From Dicyema japonicum (taxonomy: Eukaryota; Animalia; Dicyemida), in assembly GCA_011109175.1 (NCBI GenBank), contig RDEW01000030.1, forward strand, positions 304,094 through 368,093: a DNA stretch of 64,000 nucleotides, read 5' to 3'. The stretch's first letter is position 1, and each line of letters opens with the position of its first letter. A program made the position numbers and the translations under genes. The notes below the pieces were generated by a model. The model was not told the origin of the DNA, did no database searches, and saw only the letters and a list, made by a program, of their open reading frames with translations. Positions 13,022 through 25,357 of this stretch are shown piece by piece.

Positions 13022-13527
13022 ATGTCTGGTGTTTCAAACGAAGAAGACGAAAAGACTGTAAATAATCTGATTAATAGACATTTAGTTGTTATTGTTAGAA
13101 CAAGAGATAGAAGACCTTAAAAGATTGTTATCCCAGAAAAAATCTGAGGCGTTGGTTTTACGTGAACGCCTTAACTTGTCTGCCTTCGGTTCTCTAAAGA
13201 ATGATATTCAGGATCAAATCGAGGCCATCAAGGATTCGTCAATGTACATAATTTACTGTAATTTTTAGATATGTCAAAACTAACCAAAAATTGGCCGATA
13301 TTCAGACGACAATTAGCAACTCTGAGGCAGTGAAGAACATTCAGAACAGCTCCATGTTTGAATTTTACTAACTGTAGCGTTACTGGAGCGTTTGACTACT
13401 TGGGGAGTCTCGGGAGGACTGTAGGGACAATGACGTATTATAGTTTTGTTATTTCAGGTCTTCTGTGATCGACAACACACTAGAAGCGGTTGGGTTGGCA
13501 CCCAAGGACGAATCAGTTGACATTTAA
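13022..13527 (+). CDS. TPD52: Tumor protein D52-family coiled-coil protein, 135 aa, 4 introns
   Basis: Introns 13058-13085 (28), 13244-13268 (25), 13356-13377 (22), 13435-13457 (23) give a 408-nt CDS. LEQEIEDLKRLLSQKKSEALVLRERLNLSAFGSLKNDIQDQIEAIKDSSIYVKT resembles the D52 coiled-coil core. Confidence 0.75.
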
Positions 13528-15782
13528 TTAGTCTTATTTATTTACTTTTTCTGATTTAATTATTTATGAGAGTTTGGTGTATGAGTCTAAGAAGGATTTG
13601 TCTTTTTCTAGACAGTTTGGAGAGTTGTAAAGCATTATTGTGGCGAAAATGAGGGCTCATTCTGCTAGGTATGGGTGGGTTTGCAGTTAGAATCTCTTGT
13701 GGGAAAGGTGGTATCAATTTGTTGGATTTGTAGCTCAACTTTTTTTAGCTGGAAATATTAAAATCCTTATAAGGAAATTTTTTATTAATGTAATGACGTC
13801 ATCAATGTGTAATTATTGATTAATATAGTTAGTCAATCCAACTTGTGGTTAAGTTGAATTATTGGCTTTTTTAATTAAGGTTCCTTGTACTGCTTTGACT
13901 ACTCTTTTACCATGTCCCCTCTTTCTCAAAAGTTCTGTTATTTCATTGCTGTTTCAAGTTTTTGCTGACACTCTTCAGATTTTTTAAATAAAATAATTTT
14001 TTAACAATTAAACAAATGTCAGTTGAGAAAGCCTGCTGCGTGGATTGCGAACGAGTTCCCTCGGAGTATGGCCATTCCAATCTTTTGTCTTAGCCATAAC
14101 CCTTCTCGTTCTCTTCAGATTGTCATTAAAGTTGATTAACAGCCTTGAAGTAGATAACAAAGATAGTATATAATCTCTGTGGAACCCCCCGTGCTGTTTA
14201 AAATAAGTTTGAGGTGGATTTTCTAATTTCGACTTATCGTATTGTGTCTTCTATTAATGACCAGATCAGTCCAATTCCGACTGTGCGAAAAAAATCTCCT
14301 TATGACATTCATGAATATGACTCTACGGACTGAGTCAAAGGCTCGATCCCATGAACTTCAATACCTTTCTTTTATGTTTGGGATAAACCCCCAGGCCAGT
14401 CCAGATCACATACGCTTTGCTTTCCTTGTTCAGAAATTTCGCCAAGTTTTTCAGAAATTTCGGTGGATTCAAATTGAATTAGTTCTGGTGGGATGTTATC
14501 TAGTCCATGAGTTCACTACCTTTCAATTTCCTATATATGTTCACCACCTACTATTCTCATAATCTTTTTTGAGTTTGTCGACTTTTGGCAAAATAATGTT
14601 GCGGAACGTTCCTAACTCCATTTCTTATTTGGTGTCCTTGTATGTTAGGATCTTTAAATTCGTTTGTTCTGTGGATAAGGATGATATTTCTTTATTGTTA
14701 TACATGACTTTTTTTAGAGACCTCAAAACCACTGTAGGTGGTTGTTTCATTACGAGTCAACATTGCCCCCACAAAACTTCTGTGTTAATGGTTGTGCCGA
14801 TTTTAACAATTTTCCTATTTTTTCGCTGTATTCTGCGATCTTTGCTTTGTCATGGAGTAACTTTTCTATATAATTTTGTAGTGACCTCTTCCATTTTTGT
14901 TCCTATACAATTTTCCCAGGGAAAAAAGTGATTCATGACCATTGATTCATTCGAGATCACTATAGATTCGAAAACATGAAAAGACCTCGAGTCCAAATAA
15001 GATTATTGTTTTTCTATACGAGATGTAGTGATCAAATAGTTCACTCAGATTCCTGTTCTTCTCCACTCTTGACCGAGGACATAACTAACAGTTAGCAACC
15101 ACTGGCTGCTCTCATCTGTGTGGATAACTTCTCTCCCCCAACCTTGCTATGACTAAAACTAACAAGACTCAGCCTCGGAGAAGGCTGAGACCCTAAAGAT
15201 TTATAAATACGAATGTTTCAGTGGACGGTTCATTTTTGAACCAGACGCCGTGGTAAGTTCAGGAATCAGGTCACTGATCCTGAAAAAATGATAGAAGGGA
15301 AAGGAGCTGACTCATTGAGCGCACTTCCTTGCAAATCGTCAGGGGAAATCTCAATTCTGAGAGCAACCAGTGATTACCAACTGTTAGTCTTTGTCTTATA
15401 ATAAATAATTTGAAGGAAAAAGATACTTATGGGATAGGGGGTAACTAAATTTTTGTAAAAAATGTATTTGCTGATTTTGAACGGAGTAACCAGGTTTGAT
15501 AATGGCAGCCAGATTTTTGCTAGATGCATATGCTCTTTTGCAAAACTTTGTCACTCAAACGGAATTGTTAAACTGGAAAAGGATGTATCCACTCAGTGAA
15601 GCATTTTTCGGTAGTTGTGGAAAAGGATGTATCCACTAAGTGATACTTTATGCATCAAACTGGACTACGAGAGCACGTGGGACTGGTGTCCAACTTATAA
15701 TAAACCAAATTGGTGGAGACAAATACCGAACTAACAAAATTATTCAGTTTCACCACTTTTCTGAATAAAGTAAAAATTAGTA

Positions 15783-16756
15783 TTAAGACTGATAATAATC
15801 CTGGTGACGGTCACCTATTGGCTTGAGGACAGAACTCCCCTCCCAGTCAACAATCCACCCAGGTTGTAGCCCATAGAAAATCTGTGCATTTGTCTTCTTC
15901 ACTTGAAACTCCGATTTACTGGGCAGGAATAGCCAAACTGCTGAGAGAGCTCATATCTATGATATTAGAGTTTAGTTAACCGTTTTTTATCAACATCATT
16001 CTCCTCCGCCAAATAACCGCGGTTTTCGGGGGAAATGTAATACTTGATGACGTCGTGAGATGGCAGTTTGCACCGTGGAATGGGGGTGCCTTGACGGAAA
16101 AATTTTTCGGGGTCCGTAAGAGCGTATAAGGAGACAGCGTCATAATAGCGAGTTGTAATAACTCCCCCAACTTTCTCAATCGCAGCAATAGTCGGGAGGG
16201 ACGCATATTGCACTTCGATATTGACTTTGCTGGTGAACAAATCATCTCCCTAGATTGAAAACAAAGACCAACCTCTTCTGTGAGGTGGATTCCATACTGG
16301 CACTGTTGGGGATCAATTTGGATATTTAACTTGGCGCATAGGTAAGCCAAATCAAGAGGCTCGGAGGGATCAATGAAGCCAACGTCAATCGCACGTTGTA
16401 ATTTTAGTAGAGAAAATGGAATATACTGCTTTCGGGATCTGTAATTTAATAGCAATCAGTTACTCCCATCCTTCATTGTAGGGTTGAGTTGGAGTTGTGT
16501 AAATCAATGAATTCTGTCGACCTTCATATCCATACGGTGGGAGTAGGTTCCCATGGGAGGCGCTTTTCGACGCGTATCCCCGATTAGCACCAGCACGGAC
16601 TCCTCTGCGGAGTTTTTCCTTGTTAGTGTAATTTCATCACTACTATACTCGCTTTCTTCTAAGTGCAACAGCAGCTGGGACGTCTCGAAGGTTCCCAATT
16701 GTAATCCTAGGCATCCTTCGTACAATATTAAGCGCCTTATCGATTCCAACACACAT
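15783..16756 (-). CDS. MRPL15: Mitochondrial ribosomal protein uL15m, 282 aa, 5 introns
   Basis: Introns 16619-16648 (30), 16439-16463 (25), 16250-16272 (23), 15957-15980 (24), 15897-15919 (23; acceptor could be 3 nt further) give 849 nt. Motifs: ALNIVRRMPRITIGNL, GYEGRQ...NEGWESRKQYIPFSL, FTSKVNIEVQYAS...AIEKVGG, YYISPENRGYLA, QIFYGLQPGWIVD. Confidence 0.93.
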
Positions 16757-17870
16757 TCTTAAAACAACGTGGAGAATACAGAAATTATAATAATTTTTAG
16801 TAATTCAAAACATTTTTTAAATTTATTTTTATTAACAATTGGAAATTAATATTAACATCAGGAAGTTCAAAATATCTAACAAAACCGCGTCAACGGTTAG
16901 CGGAGTGCTATGTAGTCACTTGATTAAAGATGTCTCTTAGTTTCTTCTGTTCTTCTTCCCTTTTTAATAGAGTGGCTTCATGTGATCCACCTGTCTCAGA
17001 GGGAACAAAAAGGGATCATTTTCACTTTCCTACTTCACTGGAGGGTTCCCACAACTGCAAGAAATGGTCATCTTCTACCCTTTATGGTGGTTCTGGGTAG
17101 ACTTGATATTGGAAGGAATCTGTTTCTGTGACAGTGGGAACTGAGTATATTTATTAGTTGCTAACTGTTAATTTTTTCGTTATATCCTGGATTAATAATA
17201 ACAGAACCGTGTACAAGAAAAGGTACTCGCCAATCGTGAGTGAATTCATGGAGACTCTTTAGACATGTATTGAGAATATAATTGAAGCTCCAGCTAACGT
17301 GGTAATGGAGGACTTCTACTCCAATGCTCCCCGATTCCGTGGACGACCACTCTACCAACGATAAATTATGACCTCCAAAAGATTGGGACGCCTCTCAGAG
17401 AGGGAGAAAACTTTGATGAATTACGAGAGCTTGCTCGCGGGAGGAGCAAGTAGATGACAATGTTTTTGTTAATTTCTCGTTTGCATATGCTTGTTAATTT
17501 CCAGAAATAGATGTGATCTCGATACATCACAGAAAAGCTCTCAACTCTGCTCAGTGATCTAACCTTAGCCCACCCACATAAGGACGGAGAACTACCCAGT
17601 CACAATGTAAACGCCACCATCCACCGTTTTGACGAATTAAGATTTCCATAGTTTAGTGCAATTGTTTATATAGTGACCGAAGCGGATGGGCGCAAAGTGG
17701 CCACAAACTTCCAGCGATAGGAAAGTTTCGCATACGGAAACATTACAACTCCTCGAAAGAAGGGCTGAAATAATAAAATAATAACCCACATTTTCCAACT
17801 TCAAAATCGATTAATTTAATTTTTTAGTTAAAAATCTAATATTTAATTTTTCCTTTATAAATTAAAATAC

Positions 17871-18480
17871 AGTGAACCCCCATTAATCTCAATAATCCGA
17901 ATTTTTTGGAGTCAGCAAAACTTACTGAAGATATAATCATTTCAAAAGCCATGGTAGTTGTTGAAAAACTTGGAATAAACGATCTTGAATTTTCTTAAAG
18001 CCTACACATACTTAAAAAAAAGATTTAATCTTAACCTAAAAGTTATTCATGGATGAGGCAACAGCCAACACAACATGAAATTAATTTGAATAGTCAAAGC
18101 ATGATTAAGTTTAAAGAAGTTGACCCTAACGTATTGCTAAACATTTTCAATCTTTCATTTCTGGATTCTTTTTCAATCTATCTTTTCTAGAACAATTTCA
18201 TCTAAAAAAGAAAATGTATAAAGCAATCATCAACCAATGGATGCAGTATAATCAATCATTATTATGGTTGAAATGGAGAGTTTCGCCGATACAACTATTA
18301 AATGCAATTAATATTTTAGAAGAAAGTTAAAAAATCAATGACTTTTGTGAAATGATAGACTCTGCAACATTGAAAAATTTAATTACAATAAAAGGGTTAA
18401 TTCAAATGAATAAAAGAAAGGCAACGATTTATGACTTTATTAAACATGATTTTTAGTTACATTTTGAAGGTAACAATTAA
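17871..18480 (+). mobile_element. pogo/Tigger-like DNA transposon remnant (left end and transposase pieces)
   Basis: TA+CAGTGAACCCC terminus; colinear homology to the 51157-53230 copy. Confidence 0.7.
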
Positions 18481-18699
18481 TTGATTAACACAGCAATTCA
18501 TCCAAAGTGGTTCCCGCCGACATTATCGACGTTGCGTTGCCTCTCACGATTGCAACAGAGATCAACTCGAGAAGCCACCGGGTTTCACGTGCGTCGTCGT
18601 GGTTTTTTAACTAGGCGTCCGAGTTTCTTTATGAAGCGAAGCGTTGCACTTTTATTATGATGTGTGAAAACTTAAATATTAATGAAAATGAAATTAGTA

Positions 18700-19460
18700 T
18701 ATGTATTACCTTCACAATGTTCCAGAAGCAATAATCCCCCGAAAAAAATAGATCGAAAACTCATCGAAGGGGATATTCGTCCCCATCCCTCCTTTCAGGG
18801 TGCTTGAAAAATAACACTATTGCCTCCTATTCTAACTCAACCTTGAACACCATCATGCCAAAAGACCATATTTTTGTCGTCCAACGCTGCAATCTCCCAA
18901 TTTCTGTTACTTCAGGGGAGTCAGTTGTTAATGGAATTCGGTCCTTTCTCGATTCCAACTGCAATGAAATTGCTGGTCAATGGCACAGCATGTAAATGAC
19001 CACATTTTTGAAGCATCACTGAGACGAGACGAAACCTAATCAGATCTATTACTAATTTGATCGACATTTACTCAGTGGTGCTATCGACTCTTTCGCGAGG
19101 TACTTATTCCTCAGTGGGCTTTTATACATTTCAACAAATCGGACGGGGGTATTCGCCCAATTGCCGTACGGAATTTTTTCAGACGCTAAGCGTCAGATTT
19201 AAGTGAGATTCGTATGTAACCGACTGAGTGTGGAGATGTCTTCGACGCAACTGGACGTCAGTGTCCCTCACTGCTGTGAGGCTGTCCACCATTAGACACT
19301 CTTGCTTGTCTCCCCCAGACAGAGATTATAAGTGTTAGTTTTGACAAATAAGATTATTACATTCAGTTGAACTATCCTAGATGGTCACGTCGGAATAGGC
19401 CTTCTTTGTTGGTCCATCCCATATGGATAAGGAAAATGTAGGTCTTTCCTTCCAAATGCC
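18700..19460 (+). mobile_element. CRE-like fragment, decayed
   Basis: GDIRP-like RT segment and LDVSVPHCCEAV resembling the CRE zinc-finger region. Confidence 0.4.
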
Positions 19461-19629
19461 ACCTCGTAGTCGGAAAATAACATTAAATTAACTTTAAATA
19501 AAAATAATTCGAAAATTAGTCAAAAATGAAATATCTGTTTAAATTCAAATTTATAATTAAATAAATAAACGACTTAAAATTTACTTTGGATTTTAATTAA
19601 TTTTGTTACCATGTTGCAATATAATTAAA

Positions 19630-20147
19630 ATGATTGATTCAACGGTCGAGAAACCTCCCTTTAAAGTCCCAGATTGCATAAATTGGTCTATTAGCCAAGT
19701 TTGTGATTGGGTCTCCGAAGAACTAGGCTCCCTGAACTGGCTGTATATCTTGACGATTTATTTTAAAGCAATGTTTCTCCTACAATCACATAAATGGGAG
19801 AAGACTGATCTTTATAGACGCGTCGGTTTTGCCAAAAATTGGAATCCGCGATTGGGAGTTGATTAAAGTCGCTAATTATTTTACTTTTAGTACATTGCCG
19901 GTGAGATAAGAAAACTTTTAGGGATTGGGCTTGAAGATTATTTTCAAAGTATCGCCCTCAAGCCTAGGGAAGACCTAGGTTAATGTTCAAACTTAAAATA
20001 GCCCTATTTCTCGAACTGAAGAGTATCACTGGGAAAAGAGCTGACGGGCTTACTCCCATGGATTTTTGTGAATTGAACAAAGATGCCATATGGAAGCCCC
20101 CACTATCGAATTTGTCAATCACAATGTCATATCTTTTTAAAAACTAA
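19630..20147 (+). CDS. SAMD15: SAM-domain protein, SAMD15-like, about 148 aa, 3 introns; one base missing near 19730
   Basis: Introns 19743-19768 (26), 19868-19890 (23), 19979-20001 (23). With +1 nt at 19729-19732 the product reads VPDCINWSISQVCDWVSEELG(F/S)PELAQCFSYNHINGRRLIFIDASVLPKIGIRDWELIKYIAGEIRKLLGI...SIALKPREDLALFLELKSITGKRADGLT...WKPPLSN. Confidence 0.75.
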
Positions 20148-23100
20148 ATTCACTAGCATTCCTTTAACAAACGTTGATTTTATTAAATAACAATTTTAAT
20201 TCGCTTTCCAAGACTTTTTACCTCTTTTGATAATCCTGAAGGTTCCATGCATCTACCATGTTTCCTGGCTTGACGAGTAACGCCGTCATCAGTGATATTC
20301 CACTGTGGAACTTGATTGTTTGCAACCAAAAAAGAAATTTCTGATGCCTTAACTCCCTTCCCATGATCAATTAACTTAAATGTGCTTTTTCGGGTGGCGC
20401 AGTGTAACGAGTACCGGGCAAAATTCCTGATGCCCCCTAGTTCGAATCTCGCTGCTGTACATTAGAAGGTTCCACACATCTACGATGCTTTGGCTTGACG
20501 AGTGACGTCGTTATTAGTGAGCATTTCACTGCGGGACCGGATCGTCTTCAAACATACACCCACAAAAAGAAAAATGAAGTGAAGAGCATTCCTCGGTTCT
20601 CATCTATGATTAGTGATATTAACTGCTCTTTACTTAAATAAATTATGTGTCCTCCCTGCTGTAGCTAATATGGCTCAGCTTATAAGTGCAGTTTTAAAAG
20701 TGAGCTTTCCTTCTTAAAAATAGTGTGTCTTTGGGGCTTTAAGTAGTAAAAGCATTACTCCTCTGCCACGAACTGGGAATTATTATAATTGGGGCGATTT
20801 TTTGATTTCATTGATTCTAACTTTATTGACTAAAAATTTGACCATTTTTGATTTTATTGAAGCGTTTCAGGTTTAAAATTCCGGTCTCCAAAATAATTTT
20901 CGCAATGATAGGAATCTTATCTCAACAGGTATTGATGTAGAAAGAGATTTTTCAAAAAGTTGTAAATAATAATAAATATTAAAACCACACTTTTCGCACG
21001 AGCCATATTACCTATAGCGCCGCCCAGGCAGGAAGCACGCTTTATTAAAGAATAGAACAGTTCTGATAACTAATCGTAGAAAGGGAGAGCCTAGGTTCTT
21101 TGCCCGAAACTTGTAACACTGCGCCATAGATGTATATGTATGGAGAAATAGGTTGTTTTTACTTGTTTGTAACATAAAACACTTGATTTACAAAAAAATC
21201 TTCATAATTGTACCTGAAGCGTAATTTTTGAATTTGTTCAACTGGGCATGGTAGCAGTAGTATTTGCTGGTTGACTATCAATGCGAAATTCATTCGGCGT
21301 TGGAAATAGTAATTCGTTAATTTGATTCTGTTCAGGACAACAAGAGATAAGGTTCTGCGTAAAGTAATAGAATTGTTGATCGACGGTTGTTCCACTGACA
21401 ATTGGCTTTTCCAGGCCGTTTGTATTTCCATAGATTGATTGCTTCCAAGAATCTTTCGATTAAAATTTCAGTTCCATCAAAAGTTTCAGTAATTTTTTAA
21501 CTCTAAAAATTAAAAAAAAACATTCAACAAATTCAAGCAAACGACCCCTTCTGATCATAATTATTTTGGTGGATTTATTATTAATAGCACGTTTGAAAAA
21601 TAATAATTAAGTAGAGTTTTCTCTTGTGCCGCAATTATTTGTTGTCTGTTGTGCTAACACATCCAGCGTTTTCTATTGCTCGCCTTTGCTCTCAGTATTT
21701 CTAGATCGTCACTCGTTATCAGACCCAGTTTTGAGAGGTCCTTATTCCTAACTATGGGTAAGTTAGTTATCGGTCTTCCACAGAAGCCATCAATTCCATA
21801 GCAATTAAAGTATTCATACATCGCATCATTGCCGGAACATCAATGTCCAACCGTAGAATGTGACCAGACAATTTCCATCCACTTTATATCTGTAATTTCT
21901 TTTTTGGTGGATAACCAATTGTTGTAAATAATTAACCAGATTCTAATTATTATGCTGAGAGTCGGTTAATTCTTTATCCACAAGTCGTCCTTGAGTCTTC
22001 GGTAATTTTCAGGTTATTATGAAGTCTCATCTTCAACCAATTTCCAAAGCCGATGTCCTTAGTCACGTAGCAAATCATTAGAGTTAGGTTATCAAGTTGA
22101 AAGCCAGACGATCGATAGAGAGTGCTTTACTAATATTATAAGATGGCTCTCAATATCGTCCATTGAGTGAAATTATCTCTTACAGTACAAACATTTCTTT
22201 TTTAATATCGTCCATAAAAACGTGGTTATATTTAAGGACCACATTCAACACATGCATAAACTCTTCGAAAAAACGAAGAGTTTTTATTTTGGTGATTTTC
22301 CGTATTTTATTTATTTAGCTTTATCATTTTGACCGTGTGGTATCATGCGGGTACTTGGTTGAAAATTTCTCTTCTTTCTGGTGACGTCATTGGATCCACC
22401 TTACTCAGGAGACATCACACCAAGGTCTTCGTCGTCCCTCAGTGTTTTCTCTACCATCCTCAGATTATTATTGAGAATTCCAGGAAGCGTAGCACAGCCA
22501 TTAAAAATAAATATTGATAAACAAAAATATAATATATTTAAGTTTCCTTTGAGACTCCCCGTTGAAAGCTAAGAAGGCAGCCCGAGCATTCGAGAACTAT
22601 AAAATAAGAAAATATGACAGCCTCTCCACCAGATTTTATATACAGTCCGTTGTCATCGAGACGAGTGGAGTATTCGTGCCCAAGGTGGTCTTTTTTTAAG
22701 ATCACTTGCGTCAGTGATATCGAAAGTGAGTAATGAGCGTCTGGAAACCAAGTGACTGTTCCAAAGGATTTCTCTGGCAGTTGTAGGGGGAACAGCCACT
22801 CAATTTTTTCAGCTGGATTATTTTTATTGTTCTGTTACGTAATAAATTGTTTAACCAAAATTTTGATTGATATTCGACCTCTTTTGATTTGGAGACCGGC
22901 CACCAAATATCCCATCTTAACCTTAATATAAAGAATCAAAATTTTGATATTCTCTATCATGGAGACCTTCCATGAGGTCGATAACCTCGAATTGATCCCC
23001 CAAAATATAAATAAAAAATCGACCTCATCTAACTTGAGGGCCGATTTCTTGTAGTCTCTAACTGCCCAAAATACTATAAAGATCATTTTTACATTATTCT

Positions 23101-25357
23101 GGTCTACGTATGAAAATTGTTTTTTGCCTAAAAATGGATTGCGAACAAAAAATACAGATACACACTGACACATAAATTCATTATTTTATTGAAGAACAAG
23201 AAAAGGGATAGAAGTTATAGTCTAATTAAGTTATCTCGGTGTCCGTGCTTAACCATCTTCTATGGTTCTCCGTCTATTCGCTACAATGTTATGTCGGATT
23301 TTATTCTCCTTCAAGTTGCTTATCTCCTTGAAAATGAACAATGGTGTTAAATTCAATGTAAGAGGCCACTCAGTCGTTCTGTAAGACACCTTTAATTATT
23401 TGTAATTCTTATCTGACTGACATTAATTATAATTTTTGAGCATAACTGTCATTTTATTCCTCATTTTGAATAATTTACTGATTTGAGACAAATTGGTCTA
23501 TAATTCTCGCCAGTGACGTGAATTATGATTTATTATGACTTAATGTTCTGTCTAGAGCTTTCAAAACCTCGTAAAAATTTATGGGCTGTTCCGTTTCAGT
23601 TAATACAAAGATATTGTAATTCATTGGTAATAATATCTCTTATTCCCTGTTAATGGCCTTTTCAAGAATTTCTCGTGACTACATTTAATTACTCTATGTT
23701 TGCAGATAATAATATAGGGCGGTGGAACTTGGAGATAATACTGTTATGGCACTATTACTGGGGAATGAACAAGATCACTGTTATCGGCACTATCAACCGT
23801 CGAATAGCGCAACTATAAACTGAGAACGATTTATGGGTTTTGGAGAAAGTAGGGGAAATGACTTAGACGAAACTGGTTTGACCCTATTTTTTTGAAACTT
23901 AATTGAGTAATAACATTTTATTAAAATTTATTACTTCAATGTGACGTCTGATTTATCCTGTCACTCTGCCTATTAATTCAAATTAATTTAATTATAAGCC
24001 CATTTAAGTAGCGATTGTTTCCACGCAGAATAGCAATTGACAGGCTTTCAAGAATTCAATTATAGGATTAGAAAACTGAGTAGGAATTATGGACTCGGTT
24101 ACTAAGGATATTGGTTGTAGCTAATTAGTCTCTTGCACACTACACAGGCCGAGTGTTATCAGGGGTCATTTGGACACAGCAGGGAATCCTGGGTAACAGC
24201 TCGCCATAAGAATTAACTGATTTAATTATCTGTTCATTTTGAAGCACTTAAATTAAAGGTTTGACTGTTCACGAATATTTAACGTTTAATTAAATTTCAA
24301 AAATAAATTTGAATATAATTGTGGTGACTAATTGTTTGATAGTCTATAATTTAAGTAAGATAAGACCACAAAGATTAAATTATTCCCTTCAAAGATTAAT
24401 TTTAACACTATAATCTGGCAAGATTATTTCTTTTTGAATTACCCAAATCACAATATTGTCGAGACCACTGGGCATAAAAGGGAAATCACTGTCTTTGCCC
24501 AAGAAACTGAGGCGTCTGGCTTCACTCAGAAGCCATGACGTCCGTGAAATCCAGTTGGTTCCTCCAATTGATCTCCATTGCATCATGAAAGGCAGGACTG
24601 TATCAATCCTGTGGCGAGGATCAATTGATAGAATTATATTAAGAAATATTAAAATATCAAATTACACCGTGCACAGACTTGCATTTATACTCACTCAACT
24701 GTAGCAAAGAATATTACAAACAAAAACTCGCGTTTTATTCACTTGCATGCATTCTCCCCCAATTTAAAAAAATCATATTATTTGGGATATACAGATGAAA
24801 TAAAAATTCCACAGTAGCACCAAACTAACCACTCACGAGCTCCAACAGGCACACCATCGAGCCCCCACAAGCACGTATCGGGCTTAGAACCGGATGATCA
24901 TAGTTGAACGTACACCCCTCATGGTTCTCACAGATTAGGGATTCCAAGACGTTCAAAATGTACCTAAATTACGACAGATTTATTTCTGTCAATTGAATTA
25001 ATTGTCAGATAATATAATTTATATTGGTTTACTTATTCTATTTATTAACCACTTCAAGCCTGGACAACACACAATTATTTTTATTGTGTCAGAATTAATG
25101 GTTGACTGATTTTTAATAGACAAATGGTCGTTAAACTAATTCAAAATAATCCAGTGATTTATCAATAAAGCTATTAAGCACACAAATTAGTCTTTAATTC
25201 ACAATCCCTCTGTGGGGATATTAATGAAATCAGGGCATAATAAAGAAATAAAAATCAATTAACAGTTCTAAAAAGGTTAACGTCCTTTAAATACGCACAA
25301 TAAGAGATAGCGTTACCATTTACTATATAAATATTTATTTGCGGCAAATAAAAGTTA

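Noticed and set aside
14242-14931. Two ORFs over 100 aa on the plus strand
   Set aside because: Hydrophobic, motif-free composition typical of the antisense of a decayed LINE; no host-gene features.
15574-15643. CRISPR-like repeat-spacer-repeat
   Set aside because: Only two units, eukaryotic context, no cas genes.
21159-21431. ORF with RIKLTNYYFQRRM, faintly like homeodomain helix 3
   Set aside because: Lacks WFQN and helices 1-2; no consistent splice model found.
22258-22283. Perfect 10-bp hairpin AAACTCTTCG-A6-CGAAGAGTTT followed by T-rich sequence
   Set aside because: Looks like a bacterial terminator or Helitron end, but the context is eukaryotic and no CTRR terminus or second copy was seen.
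22835-23173. 112-aa minus ORF and an alternate frame with FDSLY/FGGRS recalling PolB motifs
   Set aside because: Motif order is reversed relative to PolB and interrupted by stops; not supportable.
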